This document shows positions 41,583 to 53,320 of a stretch of 64,000 nucleotides of DNA, piece by piece. The stretch's first letter is position 1. Every line of letters starts with the position of its first letter. A program made the translations under genes and the position numbers. The stretch comes from Lama guanicoe (lineage: Eukaryota): assembly GCA_013239625.1 (NCBI GenBank), contig MU054843.1, positions 2,381,305 through 2,445,304 of the forward strand, given 5' to 3'. The notes beneath the pieces were generated by a model. The model did not search any database, was not told the DNA's origin, and was given only the letters and a program-made list of their open reading frames with translations.

Positions 41583-42185
41583 TTTATTTCCTAAATATTA
41601 AGGGTAAAGCTCTAGAGTAAACACTAACTGACAAGTAAAAATTGTGTGTATTTAAGGCATACAGCATGATGTTTTGATATATATATACATTGTGAAATGA
41701 TGACCACAATCAAGCTAATTAAAACATCCAGCCTTTCATATAGTTACCTTCGAGTGTGTGTGTGATGAGAGCACTTAAGATCTACTCTCAGCAAATGTCA
41801 AGTACAAAATTCAGGATTATTAACTACAGTCACGATGCTGTACGTTAAATTTCCCAGAACTAATTAATCTTATATCTAACAGTTTGTACCCTTTGACCAG
41901 TATCTTCCCATTTCCCTAACCCCCAGGCCCAGAAACCACCATTCTACTCTGTTTCTCTGAGTTCATCTTTTTTAGATTCTACATCCTAGGGACATTATGC
42001 AGAATTTGCCTTTCTGTGTCTGGCTTATTTCACTTAGCATGACAGCCTTTAGGTTCATCTGTGTGGTTGCAAACGGGGGAATTTCTTCTTTTCCATAGCT
42101 AATTAATATTTCATTGCGTACAAATACCACATTAAAAAAAATCCATTCATTTGTCGACTGGCACCTAGTTTGTTTCCATATTTCT
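41583..42185 (-). mobile_element. L1MA-type LINE 3' fragment
   Basis: acacttaagatctactctcagcaa-type L1MA 3' UTR motif and ORF2 C-terminal remnant (ORF 41972-42190: …PFATTQMNLKAVMLSEISQTQK). Confidence 0.8.
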
Positions 42186-42309
42186 TTCAATTATTTTAAT
42201 TAATGAATATACATCGAAAAGATGCGAAACTTACTGGTACTTGAATGGAAGATTTCTTGACAAACATGTTTTTAAAGTATTCTATAATATGGAAAGGACA
42301 AAGAAATAG

Positions 42310-42953
42310 TTATCTTGGGGAAGCATTAGCAGTGGATAAAAAGACACAGGAAATTTCAGAGGTCTCTGTTAAGTGGCCTAGGCTGGAGGATGACCCAAAT
42401 AATGAGCAATTATCTGTACTGACATCCACCTCAAGTATCAGGGGTACATTCAGTGCAAAATATACCCTGGTAGCCATGGCCCTCTCATCCTTCCCACTGC
42501 TGCTTAGCAGAAGAGCTCTGAACTCTTCCCTCGTTCTCATTCTCCTGCTCAGAAAAAAAAAAAAAAGGAAGAAGTTGAGTAGGTAGATGCATCCTCAGTA
42601 ATATCCAAGAACGTAAAGGATGTAGCAGGGGGAAGGCACTTGTTCTTCCTTCCGGCTCCTTAGGCCGTGGCCTGGTCCAGGGTGCTCTCTGATGGTTAAA
42701 GGCCCAAGAAGAGGATGTTCCCGAGCAGATGACTCTCAGTGACACAGTCTCTACCAAGTGTTTACCCTACTAGAACGTACCAGAAGAATCCTGATCAGTA
42801 TCTCTCAGCTGGAGATTCCACTTATCCTCTTAGAAGATTGTTCTGATAAGGGAAAATTGCTTCAGAGGAAGGGACAGGTTCAGGTGAAGCTGGTGACAGA
42901 GCTGAAGATTGCTGACTGCACCTTTCATGTGGGGCCTGGTATAATTTTGTCTT
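42310..42953 (-). pseudogene. Probable terminal exon relic(s) (…MRTREEFRALLLSSSGKDERAMATRVYFALNVPLILEVDV…*)
   Basis: Non-repetitive, coding-like composition; 76-codon open frame 42540-42310 preceded by poly-T-AG; upstream part heavily frameshifted. Confidence 0.35.
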
Positions 42954-43355
42954 CTTAAAAATATTTGAAATTTAGTAGAAAGCTGGAGGCTTAGCATTTT
43001 ATCAAGATCTTTCAAAATTCGAAATAGACTCCCACAAAATAAAGAACGGTAAATGGCATTGTGTTTATGCCCTTCCGTGTTCGGTTGGGAGACTCAATTT
43101 AATCTAAAAAATGCAATTAAAATGTAAGAGCTTTGTGCCCAGATTAAGTCAATAGGCACTAGCTGTTACTCTGTATAAGGTGCCACAAAAATAGCTGTGC
43201 AAGATTGGAAAAGTTTAATGCGTGGTCTCTGCCATCACTGGGAAGAGGAGACATAATCACAGGAAATAAAAAATATATAAGGCAGTATGTAAGCCCCAAG
43301 CTAAGTGATTCAGCTATTTAAATTTAAAGACCGAGAGTCTCATTTTAATTGCAAA

Positions 43356-43780
43356 TTACATAATTGCATTTTCATGGTTTACAATAAATGAGATGAATTT
43401 CTCTCCAAATTGTTCTCCTCCTGGAGAGGCGACCTGGCCTGCATCATCTACGCTGAAAGCCAGAGCCCAGCACCCCCGGCAAAAACGCTGTTCTGAAACT
43501 TCAAGGCCCCGTGCACACCGTCTGGGCTGCGGAGACTGGAAATGGTCTGCCTCAAATAAACAAGTGAAATATGCAGTTATCACGGAGGTCTGAATTTTGA
43601 GAGAAAAGAAAAGATTTCCTCTTCTCGGGCACTGTGAAAACAAGTTATTACGTTCTCCCAGTAAACAAACCAGAGAATTAATTTGTGGGTAATTACATTC
43701 TGGTGTTTAAAAATTATCCTTGGATCTTTGAAGTATTTGGATTCGAGGAGAAGCTGTGGCTCAAATGTATGGTTCAAAGA
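43356..43780 (-). pseudogene. Exon relic (…KDPRIIFKHQNVITHKLILWFVYWENV / IQTSVITAYF…RGCWALAFSV…)
   Basis: Two overlapping minus-strand ORFs (43580-43777, 43356-43643) joined by a frameshift; THKLIL and WENV motifs recur elsewhere in the relic. Confidence 0.45.
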
Positions 43781-44189
43781 CTAAGAATCTCAGGCTAGAT
43801 TTTGTAGAGTGGGGCACTCTGTGGCAATAGGATAATTTTCACTATCTTCCACGCAATCTGTGTTAGTGGTGGCTATTTTCTCTGATAAGCAGGAGAGCTG
43901 AGTCAGCCAGTTAGTCCTATATCTGAGTGACTATATTGGATGTGATTTTCTGGGTGAACTATTTAGCTATTATCTTAAATATTGAGAGGCTAATTTTTGT
44001 AAGCTTGAGCCCAAGGTCAGCTCACTTCTGGGACTCAAAAGTATTCAAGAATGTCTGATAAGTTGGTAATATAGGTGTTACACATATATTCACTCATATT
44101 TTTTGACTCACACAGTGGAAAGTATTGGTATAGAAAAGGAGGAAGAGAACTGGGGTGGGCATCATCGGATCTGATTCAAACAAGGGGTC

Positions 44190-44560
44190 TTATAGTGAAC
44201 CCACTGGACATCTGTTCCCACTGGCCTTTTCCCCTTCTTTGAGATTTACTCCTATTCCCTAGAGGCGGATGCCCTGCAGACGCACTTGTATTATATAATC
44301 CCAGCCATGGCCGATTGGACCTGGAGTGGGCATTCTACTCAAAATAGGTCACTCTGATTTTCTTTCTTGAAATTGAAATTCCGGGATAGCCATAGGACTG
44401 AATCATATAAACCATTGTTATAGACACAGCAGTATAGTCTGCCATGTGAAAGGAACACAGAAGAGTGATGGATATACCAGACCCTTGAGGTGACTCAGAG
44501 AGGAGAATGTCATTCTCACACTTGACGTGGAACCATCCTTGGCATAGACACCAGTGTTCT
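44190..44560 (+). mobile_element. Old MLT1J/K-like LTR fragment
   Basis: cagccatggccgattggacctggagtgggca… and ctgccatgtgaa motifs. Confidence 0.4.
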
Positions 44561-45467
44561 CATGGAGGGCACAGAGAACAATGGCGGGGCAAGGACCCCT
44601 GGAATTGGCTCCGAGGGTCAGCCAGCAGTTGACAAAAGGAAAATGGTGCTGGTGGATGAACTTATGAATAACACCTGGAGACCTCAAGCTCCAACAGTGT
44701 AAGATTTGCAAGCATGATCTGAGGAGAGTAGTGAGCCACTGAACTTTGGATAAACAGCATTGAAGTGACCCCTTTGGTACCCAGGATTGGTTAGGTGTAA
44801 GGAAACTTGCAATCATACGAGCAAGGGCTGTGTTTCCAGAGTAATCACTTTGCAAATCGTAATCAAAGAGTAAAGCATGGTGGTTGTTTTTCACCCCAGA
44901 CGGACTTGCACACTTGGATAAGAAGTGTCACTCAGTGGCTAGGTAGCTTTGGCCACATCAGTTACCTTCTCAGGATCTCATTTGCTCATTTGTAAAGTGA
45001 GGCATCTGGACAAGATGTGGGGTTTCCCCGTCTGAAACTTATATTTCTGTGAAGTTATACATATCTTATATTTGTTCTCTTCCCTCTTGAAAAGCGTTCA
45101 CAAAAAATATTTTCTGGTAGCTAAGTCATTTATTATACTTAAAATTTATTGTCTGTATGTATTTTATTATAAATCAACATTTGTTAACAATCTTTCTTGT
45201 AAGCTGAAGTGCAAATGGGCAATTTTCTTAAGATAGGATTTCAAAACAGTAGGTTTTTTACCACGGATTTCAAAAAAGACGTAGTGTGCTGAAATGAATC
45301 TTTCCTCTATGAGGTATGGGACTCAAAAGCTATTATAAACTTGCGTCTGGTATATGTCAGTGACTGAGCATTGGAAAGACGCAATTCAGCTGTTGTTGAA
45401 AATCTGATTTGTGTTTGCTGAAGTGTTCCAGGAGCCCCTTGAATGGAGACCTTCCTGACGTTCTTAC

Positions 45468-45593
45468 CAGTGGTGAAAGTGCCCCCATGGAGGCCTGAGA
45501 AACCAAAGGGGGGTAGGAGCACCGAGAGAGAGGATGACAAACGCACCTCCATCTTCCATAGGCTATGCAAGGTTATGCGATCATAAATCTTAG
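45468..45593 (-). pseudogene. Exon relic, stop-free (KIYDRITLHSLWKMEVRLSSSLSVLLPPFGFSGLHGGTFTT)
   Basis: Acceptor tttttttgactcccctaacaAG, donor CTG|GTAAGA, 126 nt, phase 1-1. Confidence 0.55.
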
Positions 45594-45696
45594 CTTGTTA
45601 GGGGAGTCAAAAAAAATGGAGACACAAGGATGCAGAACAAAAGATTTCCACTGGAGAAACAAAGTGAATCAGGAGTAGTATAAAAGGTTATCTTAC

Positions 45697-45951
45697 ATTA
45701 AATTGAAGGATACTTTGGGACTAGCCTTAGGAGAACTTCGAAGGAGACAAAGAGTATTGGGGAATATCTCCATCTTCTAAAAACTAGAGGACTTTTCCAA
45801 GACACAATTTTTTGTGTGAGTTAAAGCACCATCCTGGATGTATGGATGTGGCTTGAAAACGAACTGTAAAATCGCCATCCCTACTGTAGGATGAGAGTTC
45901 TTCCATATTTTGGGATTACTTTCTTTGCTGGAGCCACAATGTCCCTGTATT
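45697..45951 (-). pseudogene. Exon relic (EYRDIVAPAKKVIPKYGRTLILQ*GWRF/LQFVFKPHPYIQDGAL/TQKIV)
   Basis: Acceptor gaatttctgcAG, donor AAT|GTAAGA; clearest copy of the EY…GW-x-F…TQKIV module; frameshifts. Confidence 0.55.
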
Positions 45952-46249
45952 CTGCAGAAATTCATAGATACAATGACAGTTTAAGAGCTCAGTGCATAAA
46001 AGTAGTGGGTGAGGAAAGAGAGGTAGACAGAGAAAAAAAGAGAAGGGGAAGAAAGGAAAACTGAGAATGTCACAGCATATTAGGCAAATGTATATGGTGG
46101 GATACTCATAAATGTGATTTAATTTTTACCATGAAGGAGATTATGTTGAATGCTGAGAATCATGGGGAATAAATATTCTTCCTTTGGGAGAAGAATGAGG
46201 GTTTCTAATCAATGTATCAAATGTCAAGGAGACAATATTATACATTGGT

Positions 46250-46600
46250 TGAGGACATGGATGTAGGCGTCCGGGAGATGTGGGTTTGAATCTGAGATGC
46301 TGCACTTGCTAGTTCTAAGCATCAGTTACTTTATCTCCAAAGTGAGCCCATCCTCAAAGGGTTGCAGTGACGATTAGAGATAAAAGGTTTACGTTTTCCT
46401 ATGCTGCTGCTCCCTGAATAAGCCTTCTTTACACATTAGGTCATTTAATCCTTACAACTAACGTCTGAGATAGATATTATGCCCAATTTACCGAGGAAGC
46501 GCCTGATAGGCAGAAAGGTTAAGTTCTTTCCCAAAAGTTGAAGCTGGCCAGTGGCAGCAAAGCCAGGTTTTATGACTCCAAGTCTAGAGCACTTTGATTT
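46250..46600. mobile_element. Two MIR fragments in opposite orientation
   Basis: gggtttgaatc…cctcaaagggttg; atttaatccttacaac…atgcccaatttaccgaggaag. Confidence 0.5.
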
Positions 46601-46954
46601 ACCTGGAACTTTGACCAGAGAATCAGAGCAGAAGCAGGCAGAATGAACACGGCATGCCAACTGCCCTACTTCTCTCTCCTCTCTTCACCATCCCTTCCAA
46701 GCTCTGATTGTCCTCACGGGGCCAGAAGTATGATATCAGGACTGCTTCCTTGGTGGTGGTCCTTGAGTGACTCCTCTTCTTCCAGCACCATTCAAACTCA
46801 ACTGGGAGTGAATGCTGTCTCTCATAGCAGACTTGGAGATGAATTTTATGTCTGGTCACTATCTTGTGATGAGGGTGAAAGGGTAACCACTACTGCTCTA
46901 TCTCAGGCTATTACAATGATTTAAGAAGCCTCCCTACAGCCTCATGGAGACTCA

Positions 46955-47306
46955 GTAGCCTTGTTTTATCTCAACAGAAATGACTCGTCCTTTGCGTCCT
47001 GCTTCTGATACTGAAATGCTGTCACAGCTGACTTTCAAAGGCAGGACTTTAGTCCTGCTACAAACTTTGTAAATCCTCACATTTAAGTAAGTTTTTTGGA
47101 CCCCTTTCCTTAAAGCCTAGCTGAAATACATATTATTTGGGACAAAAGTTTGGGTAGAGTAAAAATATAGAATAAGTTTGTCTTAATTGATAATTTTTAA
47201 AGTGAGACCTGGAGGTGATGAAGTGATGAACTGAATAGAGTCATGAACTATTTCCAATTGTTGACAACACTCTTTTCGCAGCTACTTCAAAAGACTTTTC
47301 AAAGCC
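46955..47306 (-). pseudogene. Exon relic (GFEKSFEVAAKRVLSTIGNSS*LYSVHHF… / SEAGRKGRVISVEIKQ)
   Basis: Very strong acceptor tttcccactttctttacttgtttAG; protein-like frame; 3' boundary uncertain. Confidence 0.5.
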
Positions 47307-47496
47307 CTAAACAAGTAAAGAAAGTGGGAAATAAGGTAAAAGCAATACCAGCAGCAAGTAATGGTTGTGTTTCTGCTGTTTCTTTAAATGCCTAGGAGAC
47401 CAACACAGGTGTGGATTACTCAGTGGCTTCCTTCCAGAGCCAAGGACAGGGCTGCATCAGGTTGTCTGCATCCAGGGGCTGCTGCGGCTGCCTTGA

Positions 47497-47830
47497 TGTC
47501 TTAGTTTCCTTGGGCTGCTATAGCAAAAATGCTATAGGCTGGGGGCTTAAACAACAGAATTTTATTTCTCACAGTTTTGGATACGGGAGAGTTCAAGACC
47601 AAGTCTGGTAAAAGCCTCTTCTGGTTCACAGGCTGCCATCTTTTGGCTGTGTGCTCACATGGCAGAAAGAGCAAGAGAGCTCTCCGGAGTCTCTTTTAGA
47701 AGGGCATTAATCTCACTCGTAAAGGCTCTGCCTTTATGACCTAATCATCTCCAAAGGCCCAAATACCATCACACTGGGGATCAAGTTTCAACATGTAGTG
47801 TTGGGAGACACAGACATTCAGCCTTCAGCA
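47497..47830 (-). mobile_element. MLT1A-type MaLR LTR nested in an older MLT1
   Basis: tgtcttagtttccttgggctgctata…tttcaacatg…acattcagccttcagca. Confidence 0.8.
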
Positions 47831-48242
47831 CCCGAACAACAGAACACAGCAGAAGTAACACTGTGCCACTTCCCAGGCCGATGCTGTAAGAGATCGACAG
47901 CTTCCACTTTCTGTCTCCCGCATTCACACCTGAGGTTGAGCCCCCTTATGTGAAGAAGCCCAGGCAGTCCCACGGAGAGGCCCAAGGAGAGAACTGCAGG
48001 CCCCTGGCCGAAAGCCAAAGCGCAGCTCCCAGCTGAAACTGCCTCCATGCAAATGAGCCATCACAGAGGTGGAGCCGCCAACGCTGGTCAGGCCGCCCCA
48101 GCTCATGCTGTGAGGATGAAAGGTGAGTGGTCCACAGACAGCACTTCCAAGATTGCAGATTCTTTTTACCAAAATGAATGATCATTGCTTTAAGCCACTA
48201 AGTTTTGGGTGGTTTGTTATGTGGTTATAAACAACCAGAATA
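47831..48242 (+). mobile_element. Older MLT1 (MLT1F/H-like) LTR
   Basis: gcagaagtaacactgtgcca…ttaagccactaagttttggg…gttatgtgg. Confidence 0.7.
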
Positions 48243-48244
48243 TA

Positions 48245-48471
48245 GTTAGAATCAGTTCCTGTCATTCTGGCTGAACACAGAGTTTGCTGAGCTGACCTGA
48301 CAAACTTCATAATTATATATCGCACAGAAAAATCTGCCAAAAATGGGGATGTTCTCACATCCGGGTGTTTGCCAAAAGAAAAATGAAACAATACAAAAAG
48401 CAACGGCTCAACTTCCCAGTGAAATGATTACAAAATAATGCTGCTTTAATTTCTCATATAAATTCTGCACG
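48245..48471 (-). pseudogene. Exon relic (VQNLYEKLKQHYFVIISLGS*AVAFCIV…FGRFFCAIYNYEVCQVS)
   Basis: Acceptor gcattcttccAG; 1 stop in ~72 codons; runs into an MLT1 LTR. Confidence 0.4.
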
Positions 48472-49336
48472 CTGGAAGAATGCCAATAAATGGTGTCCAG
48501 TCTAGATTTTCTTATTTTTGTAATAGCCATTGGGAATAAGGTCCAGGGAGCTTAGTTCTTAGGCTGAAGATGTTTGGATGTTAACAACATTGCTATCTGG
48601 GGGGAACTGGTAGTTGATGTAAGGATTTGGGGGCACCCTACCCTCACCAAATACTTTGTGAGCTTTGATTATGTAAGAAGCACTGTGCTGAGCTTTGGGG
48701 GTACAGTGTGACAGAGCAGATATTGTTCCTGCTTTTATGGGGCTTACATCAGGTAGGAGAGATAAACAGTAAACAAAGAAATATATACCAAATCACTGTA
48801 TCACAACAATTTTGATAAACGCCACAGAAGAAAAATACAGAGTGTACCAGAGGATATATTAGCAGAATCTTGGCAGTAAAAACATCCTCCTGGGAAATGG
48901 CATGGACTGACATATGAAAATGAGTCAGAATTAGCCAGGTGGAAACTGGGGTGGGGGCATCTTACAGTGAGAGAGCAGCAGCCTCTGTTGTCGGGCCAGA
49001 GCAGACAGACCAACCTGGGGAGTGATGGAGGGTGAGGTTGCCCCAGGGGGAGGTCAGCAGTTGAATCATGTGGGTCTTTTTAGCCCCTGATAATAATTTT
49101 GAATTTTCATCTAAAAAGTGACACCCATGATAAACTTTAAAAAATATAATGATTATATTGATCTTTTTTTTTGTAAGTCCCAGGTAGAAAAGTTTTGAGG
49201 GTGATGCAAAAAAGTGAACTGGAAGCATTTTAATGTAACAAAGGAGAGTTTGGCTGGAGAGGAAGTTGGGGCCATATTGATACCTGACTTCTCTACCCAA
49301 CGCGTCCTCTCAGAACTGGCTGGCATCGTGGCTTAC

Positions 49337-49535
49337 CCCCAGCGTCCTCCCGTCTATGAAACTCCTGGTGACACTGCAGCTGAGGTCAGTAAAGACTGCC
49401 CTGGAGGCCGCAGGGTCTACCCTGGACTCTTTCTAGTTCTTTCTGGGGGCAGGGAAGAGAGCATGACCTGGCTCAAGCAGGAAGTACAGCCTGTGAGATG
49501 ACTTTCTTCTCCACACGAAGCCAGGAGAGCAGCAG
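49337..49535 (-). pseudogene. Exon relic (LLLSWLRVEKKVISQAVLP…)
   Basis: Acceptor ttctgttttttattggtAG, donor GG|GTAAGC, 2 stops in 66 codons. Confidence 0.5.
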
Positions 49536-49674
49536 CTACCAATAAAAAACAGAACTGATTATTCCGTAGGCAGCATTTTATTTTTCAGGCTCAGACTAAT
49601 CAATGTCCTGCTGTGGGGGCCAGAGACACTAAATTGCTGAGGTAGCTGCCTTCAGATGAGAAAATACTGAGCAC

Positions 49675-49914
49675 CTGCACTCAGGTCCATAAATAACTGA
49701 CGGTTATGGGCCCTGGGGATGGAGTTGTTGATCTGAACGTTCCCACCAAATGATAACTTGGTGGTTACACCGTGTCTGTCTCAACGGCCATCTAATTTCA
49801 GGAGAAAAGCATTTGTTTGACCAGAGCAAAAATGTATTTAAGAAGCACACGTCTTTATCCCTGAACTTTTGGCTGAACTTCTCCAAATGCACAAAACACA
49901 AGAAAAATTCTTCT
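49675..49914 (-). pseudogene. Exon relic (RRIFLVFCAFGEVQPKVQG*RRVLLKYIFALVKQMLFS…)
   Basis: Phase-0 start compatible with the previous exon; motif aligns with the 53320 and 57085 exons; weak splice sites, several stops. Confidence 0.4.
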
Positions 49915-50104
49915 CTATAATTGTTCAGTTTGTTTTGTAGTTGAATACGCCTAACCTCAAATCTGTTTCGTTGTTGTAAAACTGGTATAAGTCTGTAAGT
50001 ATTATCAATTTAATTTTATTCATAATCAAATAAACATTACTGAAAAATAACTGAAACTACGTCAAGCTATATGTCTCAAACTATCCTAGTAATCAATCTC
50101 TTAC

Positions 50105-50235
50105 ATCCGATAGCATTTTAAAAATGAACTTGGCCATCCCAGACTTAACTTCTTTAATGAATTATTTCAGTATCACTTCTATGTCAGCCACATAGGATGC
50201 ATTTGGGAACTCCTTTTGCATATGGAAAGATGACC
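50105..50235 (-). pseudogene. Exon relic (SSFHMQKEFPNASYVADIEVILK*FIKEVKSGMAKFIFKMLSD)
   Basis: Acceptor cttttataacttAG, donor GAT|GTAAGA, phase 1 to 0, 1 stop in 43 codons. Confidence 0.55.
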
Positions 50236-50560
50236 CTAAGTTATAAAAGTTTCTCCTCTGAATCCATGAGGCAGTCTCTCTTCTGGTGGCCTATGGCATG
50301 AGTGTTTATAAATCTATTATAAGTGTGTAATTTTCTGTCCATCTTTCAGATTGTCCCTAGATGCTTGTTAAGAGTTATATCTGAAAAATTAAATAACACT
50401 TTACTTTTCATGCATATATTCCAGAATCATAAAGGCAAACCTTGAATCCATCAATATTACTCTTCATTTTTAAGGGACATTACAAGAACAGGGTGATAGC
50501 TGGCCTGTCACAACTGGGATCTGGAGTTCCTAAGAACGTCTCCTAGTATCATCGTCTCAC

Positions 50561-50620
50561 CTTTCTTATCCAGTTCATTTGGGATTTCCCAGTTCCACTG
50601 TAGCCCTCCCCACTCCTCCA
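50561..50620 (-). pseudogene. Exon relic, 60 nt (EEWGGLQWNWEIPNELDKK)
   Basis: Acceptor tcttttccataaaccAG, donor AAG|GTGAGA, phase 1-1, no stops. Confidence 0.5.
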
Positions 50621-51046
50621 CTGGTTTATGGAAAAGACACCTTCCTTCCTGTCTCTTTATCCAGTCACATGAAACGTTCACCCCAAATCAGAGACATTAA
50701 TGGCTCCCTCCTGCCCTTTGAACCTATTTTAAATTCTGCAGCTCAGCTTTCAAGGCCCCCATTAACTGGCTCCCACTGAACCACTGTCCCTCAAAGGAAC
50801 TCCTCTTTTTCATCATTTTGGTTGTCCTGTGGAATCTGCCTCCTACATTCCGCACGTACATAGAACCCCTATTCTTGTTGGCTGCTCGACTCTAGTCGTG
50901 CTATTTCTCTCCATGTAATGCTCTCTCTCTCCTCATTCCATCATTTCAAATCTTGATCTTAGGCTCCTGTCTTGCTAAAGACCCACATTCTATATTAAGC
51001 CGTATCAGTTGTATTAAACCCACGCAGGTAGTGAAGGAAAACATAC

Positions 51047-51334
51047 GGTGCAAGGAGATGACAAAGAGAAGCCAGCCTGCCCCCATCACAGACTCAGGAA
51101 AAAGCTGAGCAACGTGTTGCTGCACGTGCGGCTGAAGGCAGAGGGAGGTGCGCAGCGGCACGCGGAGGCATCGCTGCGCAGTTTGCTTTGAGCTCAGTGA
51201 GGCTCCCACGCCTGCCACCTAGCCAGGCATCGGTCCAACCACACAGAATGTCAGTTTTGTCACGTGTTACAACCAACTACTCTAGTGACAATCCTGTGTT
51301 TTTTATGTCAGTTAAATCTCTGCAGGTCCGTTTG
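51047..51334 (-). pseudogene. Exon relic (…QRCLRVPLRTSLCLQPHVQQHVAQLFPESVMGAGWLLFVISLH)
   Basis: Acceptor gtttttccttttgtAG, donor C|GTATGT (phase 1, compatible with the next exon); GWLL motif; 5' half frameshifted. Confidence 0.55.
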
Positions 51335-51621
51335 CTACAAAAGGAAAAACAAAACAAAACAAAACAACACCCTTTAGCAGGATTCTTGGGATTCTGCAGA
51401 AGAATGGAACTAGGGATGCTCAGGACCAGGGGAACCTGAGACATTGAAAGGAAGAGGCACCATCCTGAAAAGAGGAGAATTAACTGAAATTCTGTGAACT
51501 GAAATAAAACTTCAGTAGCTTTGTACCATTCAGTCTCAAGAATACTGTGCACTAGGCACATTCCAGTCAGAGGACTGGAGATTCTTGTTGGCAGAAAACA
51601 AATAATATAAAAGAGGGGGAA

Positions 51622-51623
<2 letters not shown>

Positions 51624-51652
<29 letters not shown>
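51624..51652. repeat. (CA)n microsatellite
   Basis: Direct reading. Confidence 0.95.
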
Positions 51653-51656
<4 letters not shown>

Positions 51657-51759
51657 ATGCTACTGATTATTTGGAAGAATCCTACCCAATCCCTGTATGG
51701 CGAAGTCTACCAGTTGTAAAGTTTTCCGAAGCACAAAAGATTGCAAATTAGCGTTTCAT

Positions 51760-52560
51760 TAATTTTAGGAAAGCCCCTCCTTGAAAGACAGAGATGAAAC
51801 AACCACAGCGAGGAAGAAGAATTTGAAGGAAACAGAAGTAATGATGGGAATATAAGGAAACATCAGAACTCTGACCAGTTTCCTTGGAGACAAGAGAAAG
51901 TATTTTATCTACTGAATAATAGAGGACTATGAAAAATAAGCAACTAACAGTAAAAAAGAACTTTTGAAAAATAAAATTATGATACCTGTTATAAACAAAA
52001 TGAATATAACGTTGAAGGTAAATTTCAAAAAGTAAAACCAAAAACAGAGATTGAAAATAAAATTTGATCAATACAAGATAAATCACTATGAGATACTCAA
52101 CACCCAAATAATAGGAGTTCCAAAATAGAAAAGAATAAGGAAAATTTAATAGTGATGCTAATGATGATGATAAATACTTCTTATTTGAAAGGCATGAAGC
52201 TTCAGTTTGAATGAGCCCGGGATCATAAGTGCGAACAGATCCACACCAACTCATGGTATGATGACATTTGGGAGTTTTAACAAAATGTTAAAATCTTAAA
52301 AAAAAAATGCCCCTTAGAAAGGATAAAGAATCAAAATGGTAACTGACTTTGCAGCAGCAACTCTAGAAGCTAGAATATAATGGGGCAAAAAAAAAAAATT
52401 AGAATTTTGCAAGACAATGCAATGAATTCCAAACTAAGATTCTAAACTCAGCTAAATTATCAGTCAGGTATAAAATTAAAGAAATAAATTTTAAGACCCT
52501 TTCTCATGGGTAGATATTAGAAGATTTTCTCCAATAAAATAAGAAAATAAACCATAATGA
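51760..52560 (+). mobile_element. Old L1/HAL1 ORF1-region relic
   Basis: A-rich; ataggagttcca, gaatcaaaatgg…gacttt…gcaactctagaagctagaa motifs of L1 ORF1. Confidence 0.6.
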
Positions 52561-52972
52561 GAGAAAAGCATGCCCAAGAAACATGGAATAGTGTCTCAGA
52601 AGGACAGCTCCAGCAGGCCTTCTGGGCAACCAGACCAAAGTATGAGAAAGTTACCTAGGAAGGTCTTAAATTTAAAGACCAATATGCATTTGGCTATATT
52701 TTCTTTAAAGGTAAAATGCATACAACTAGAACCAACTTCCATTTCTATTGTTTTGTAAACTAGGCTGAGGCTTCCCACTCACTGTGGACACATCTACAGA
52801 TAAAATATGACAAATGGCAAACTCTAAACATAAGGAAACAAACAGACAAAATAGGTTAGTGATGCTATGATCCAATTCAAGCCCTTGTTTTACAAATACA
52901 AGATGTTTTCCTCAGTTAGACTTAGAGATTCTGTTTGTTTGTTTGCTTCCCCTACCACAGTTGCCTACATAC

Positions 52973-53320
52973 CCATTCCACAATGGTAAGCCCATAGTTA
53001 ATGCTGTGACATGACCCCAGGGCGCCTTTGGCATAAACTTACACTGTCTCTCCATTAAAGTCCTTTCTCAGACTCTCTCCTGTTCCTAATATTAGTGTCC
53101 GCTGACTTCTCCCGTTGTTAAAATCTGCTCTCTGCAATTCCTCCAGCTCTGGGAAGAGTATCTGGAGTGCTCACACTTCACCTATCCTCAGGAGCATGTC
53201 TTTGACAAGAACCAGACTGTTCTCACCTACGCCCTTCTCTGCAAAAAAGACAGACAAGTTCTTCTCAAAACTGGCACCGCTACTTAAATTTTCATTTAGT
53301 TCTTCTGTTATTCTTAAACC
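52973..53320 (-). pseudogene. Exon relic (GLRITEELNENLSSGASFEKNLSVFFAEKGVGENSLVLVKDMLLRIGEV*ALQILFPELEELQRADFNNGRSQRTLILGTGESLRKDFNGETV*VYAKGALGSCHSINYGLTIVEW)
   Basis: Acceptor ctctgctttcccaAG, donor TGG|GTATGT (alternative GTAAGT at 53042); 116 codons with only 2 stops and no frameshift. Confidence 0.7.

Noticed and set aside
42540-42900. Possible GPCR TM5-TM7 relic
   Set aside because: Requires several ad hoc frameshifts and no intact NPxxY or CWxP motif is present.
51748-52254. Longest ORF (168 aa, minus)
   Set aside because: Phe/Leu/Ile-rich antisense read of an A-rich L1/HAL1 ORF1 relic.
53068-53094. LILGTGES resembling the G-alpha P-loop LLLLGTGESGKST
   Set aside because: Lacks GKS/T and the surrounding sequence is not GTPase-like.
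53171-53173. In-frame TGA as selenocysteine or readthrough
   Set aside because: Other exons carry TAA/TAG stops and frameshifts; CGA-to-TGA decay is simpler.
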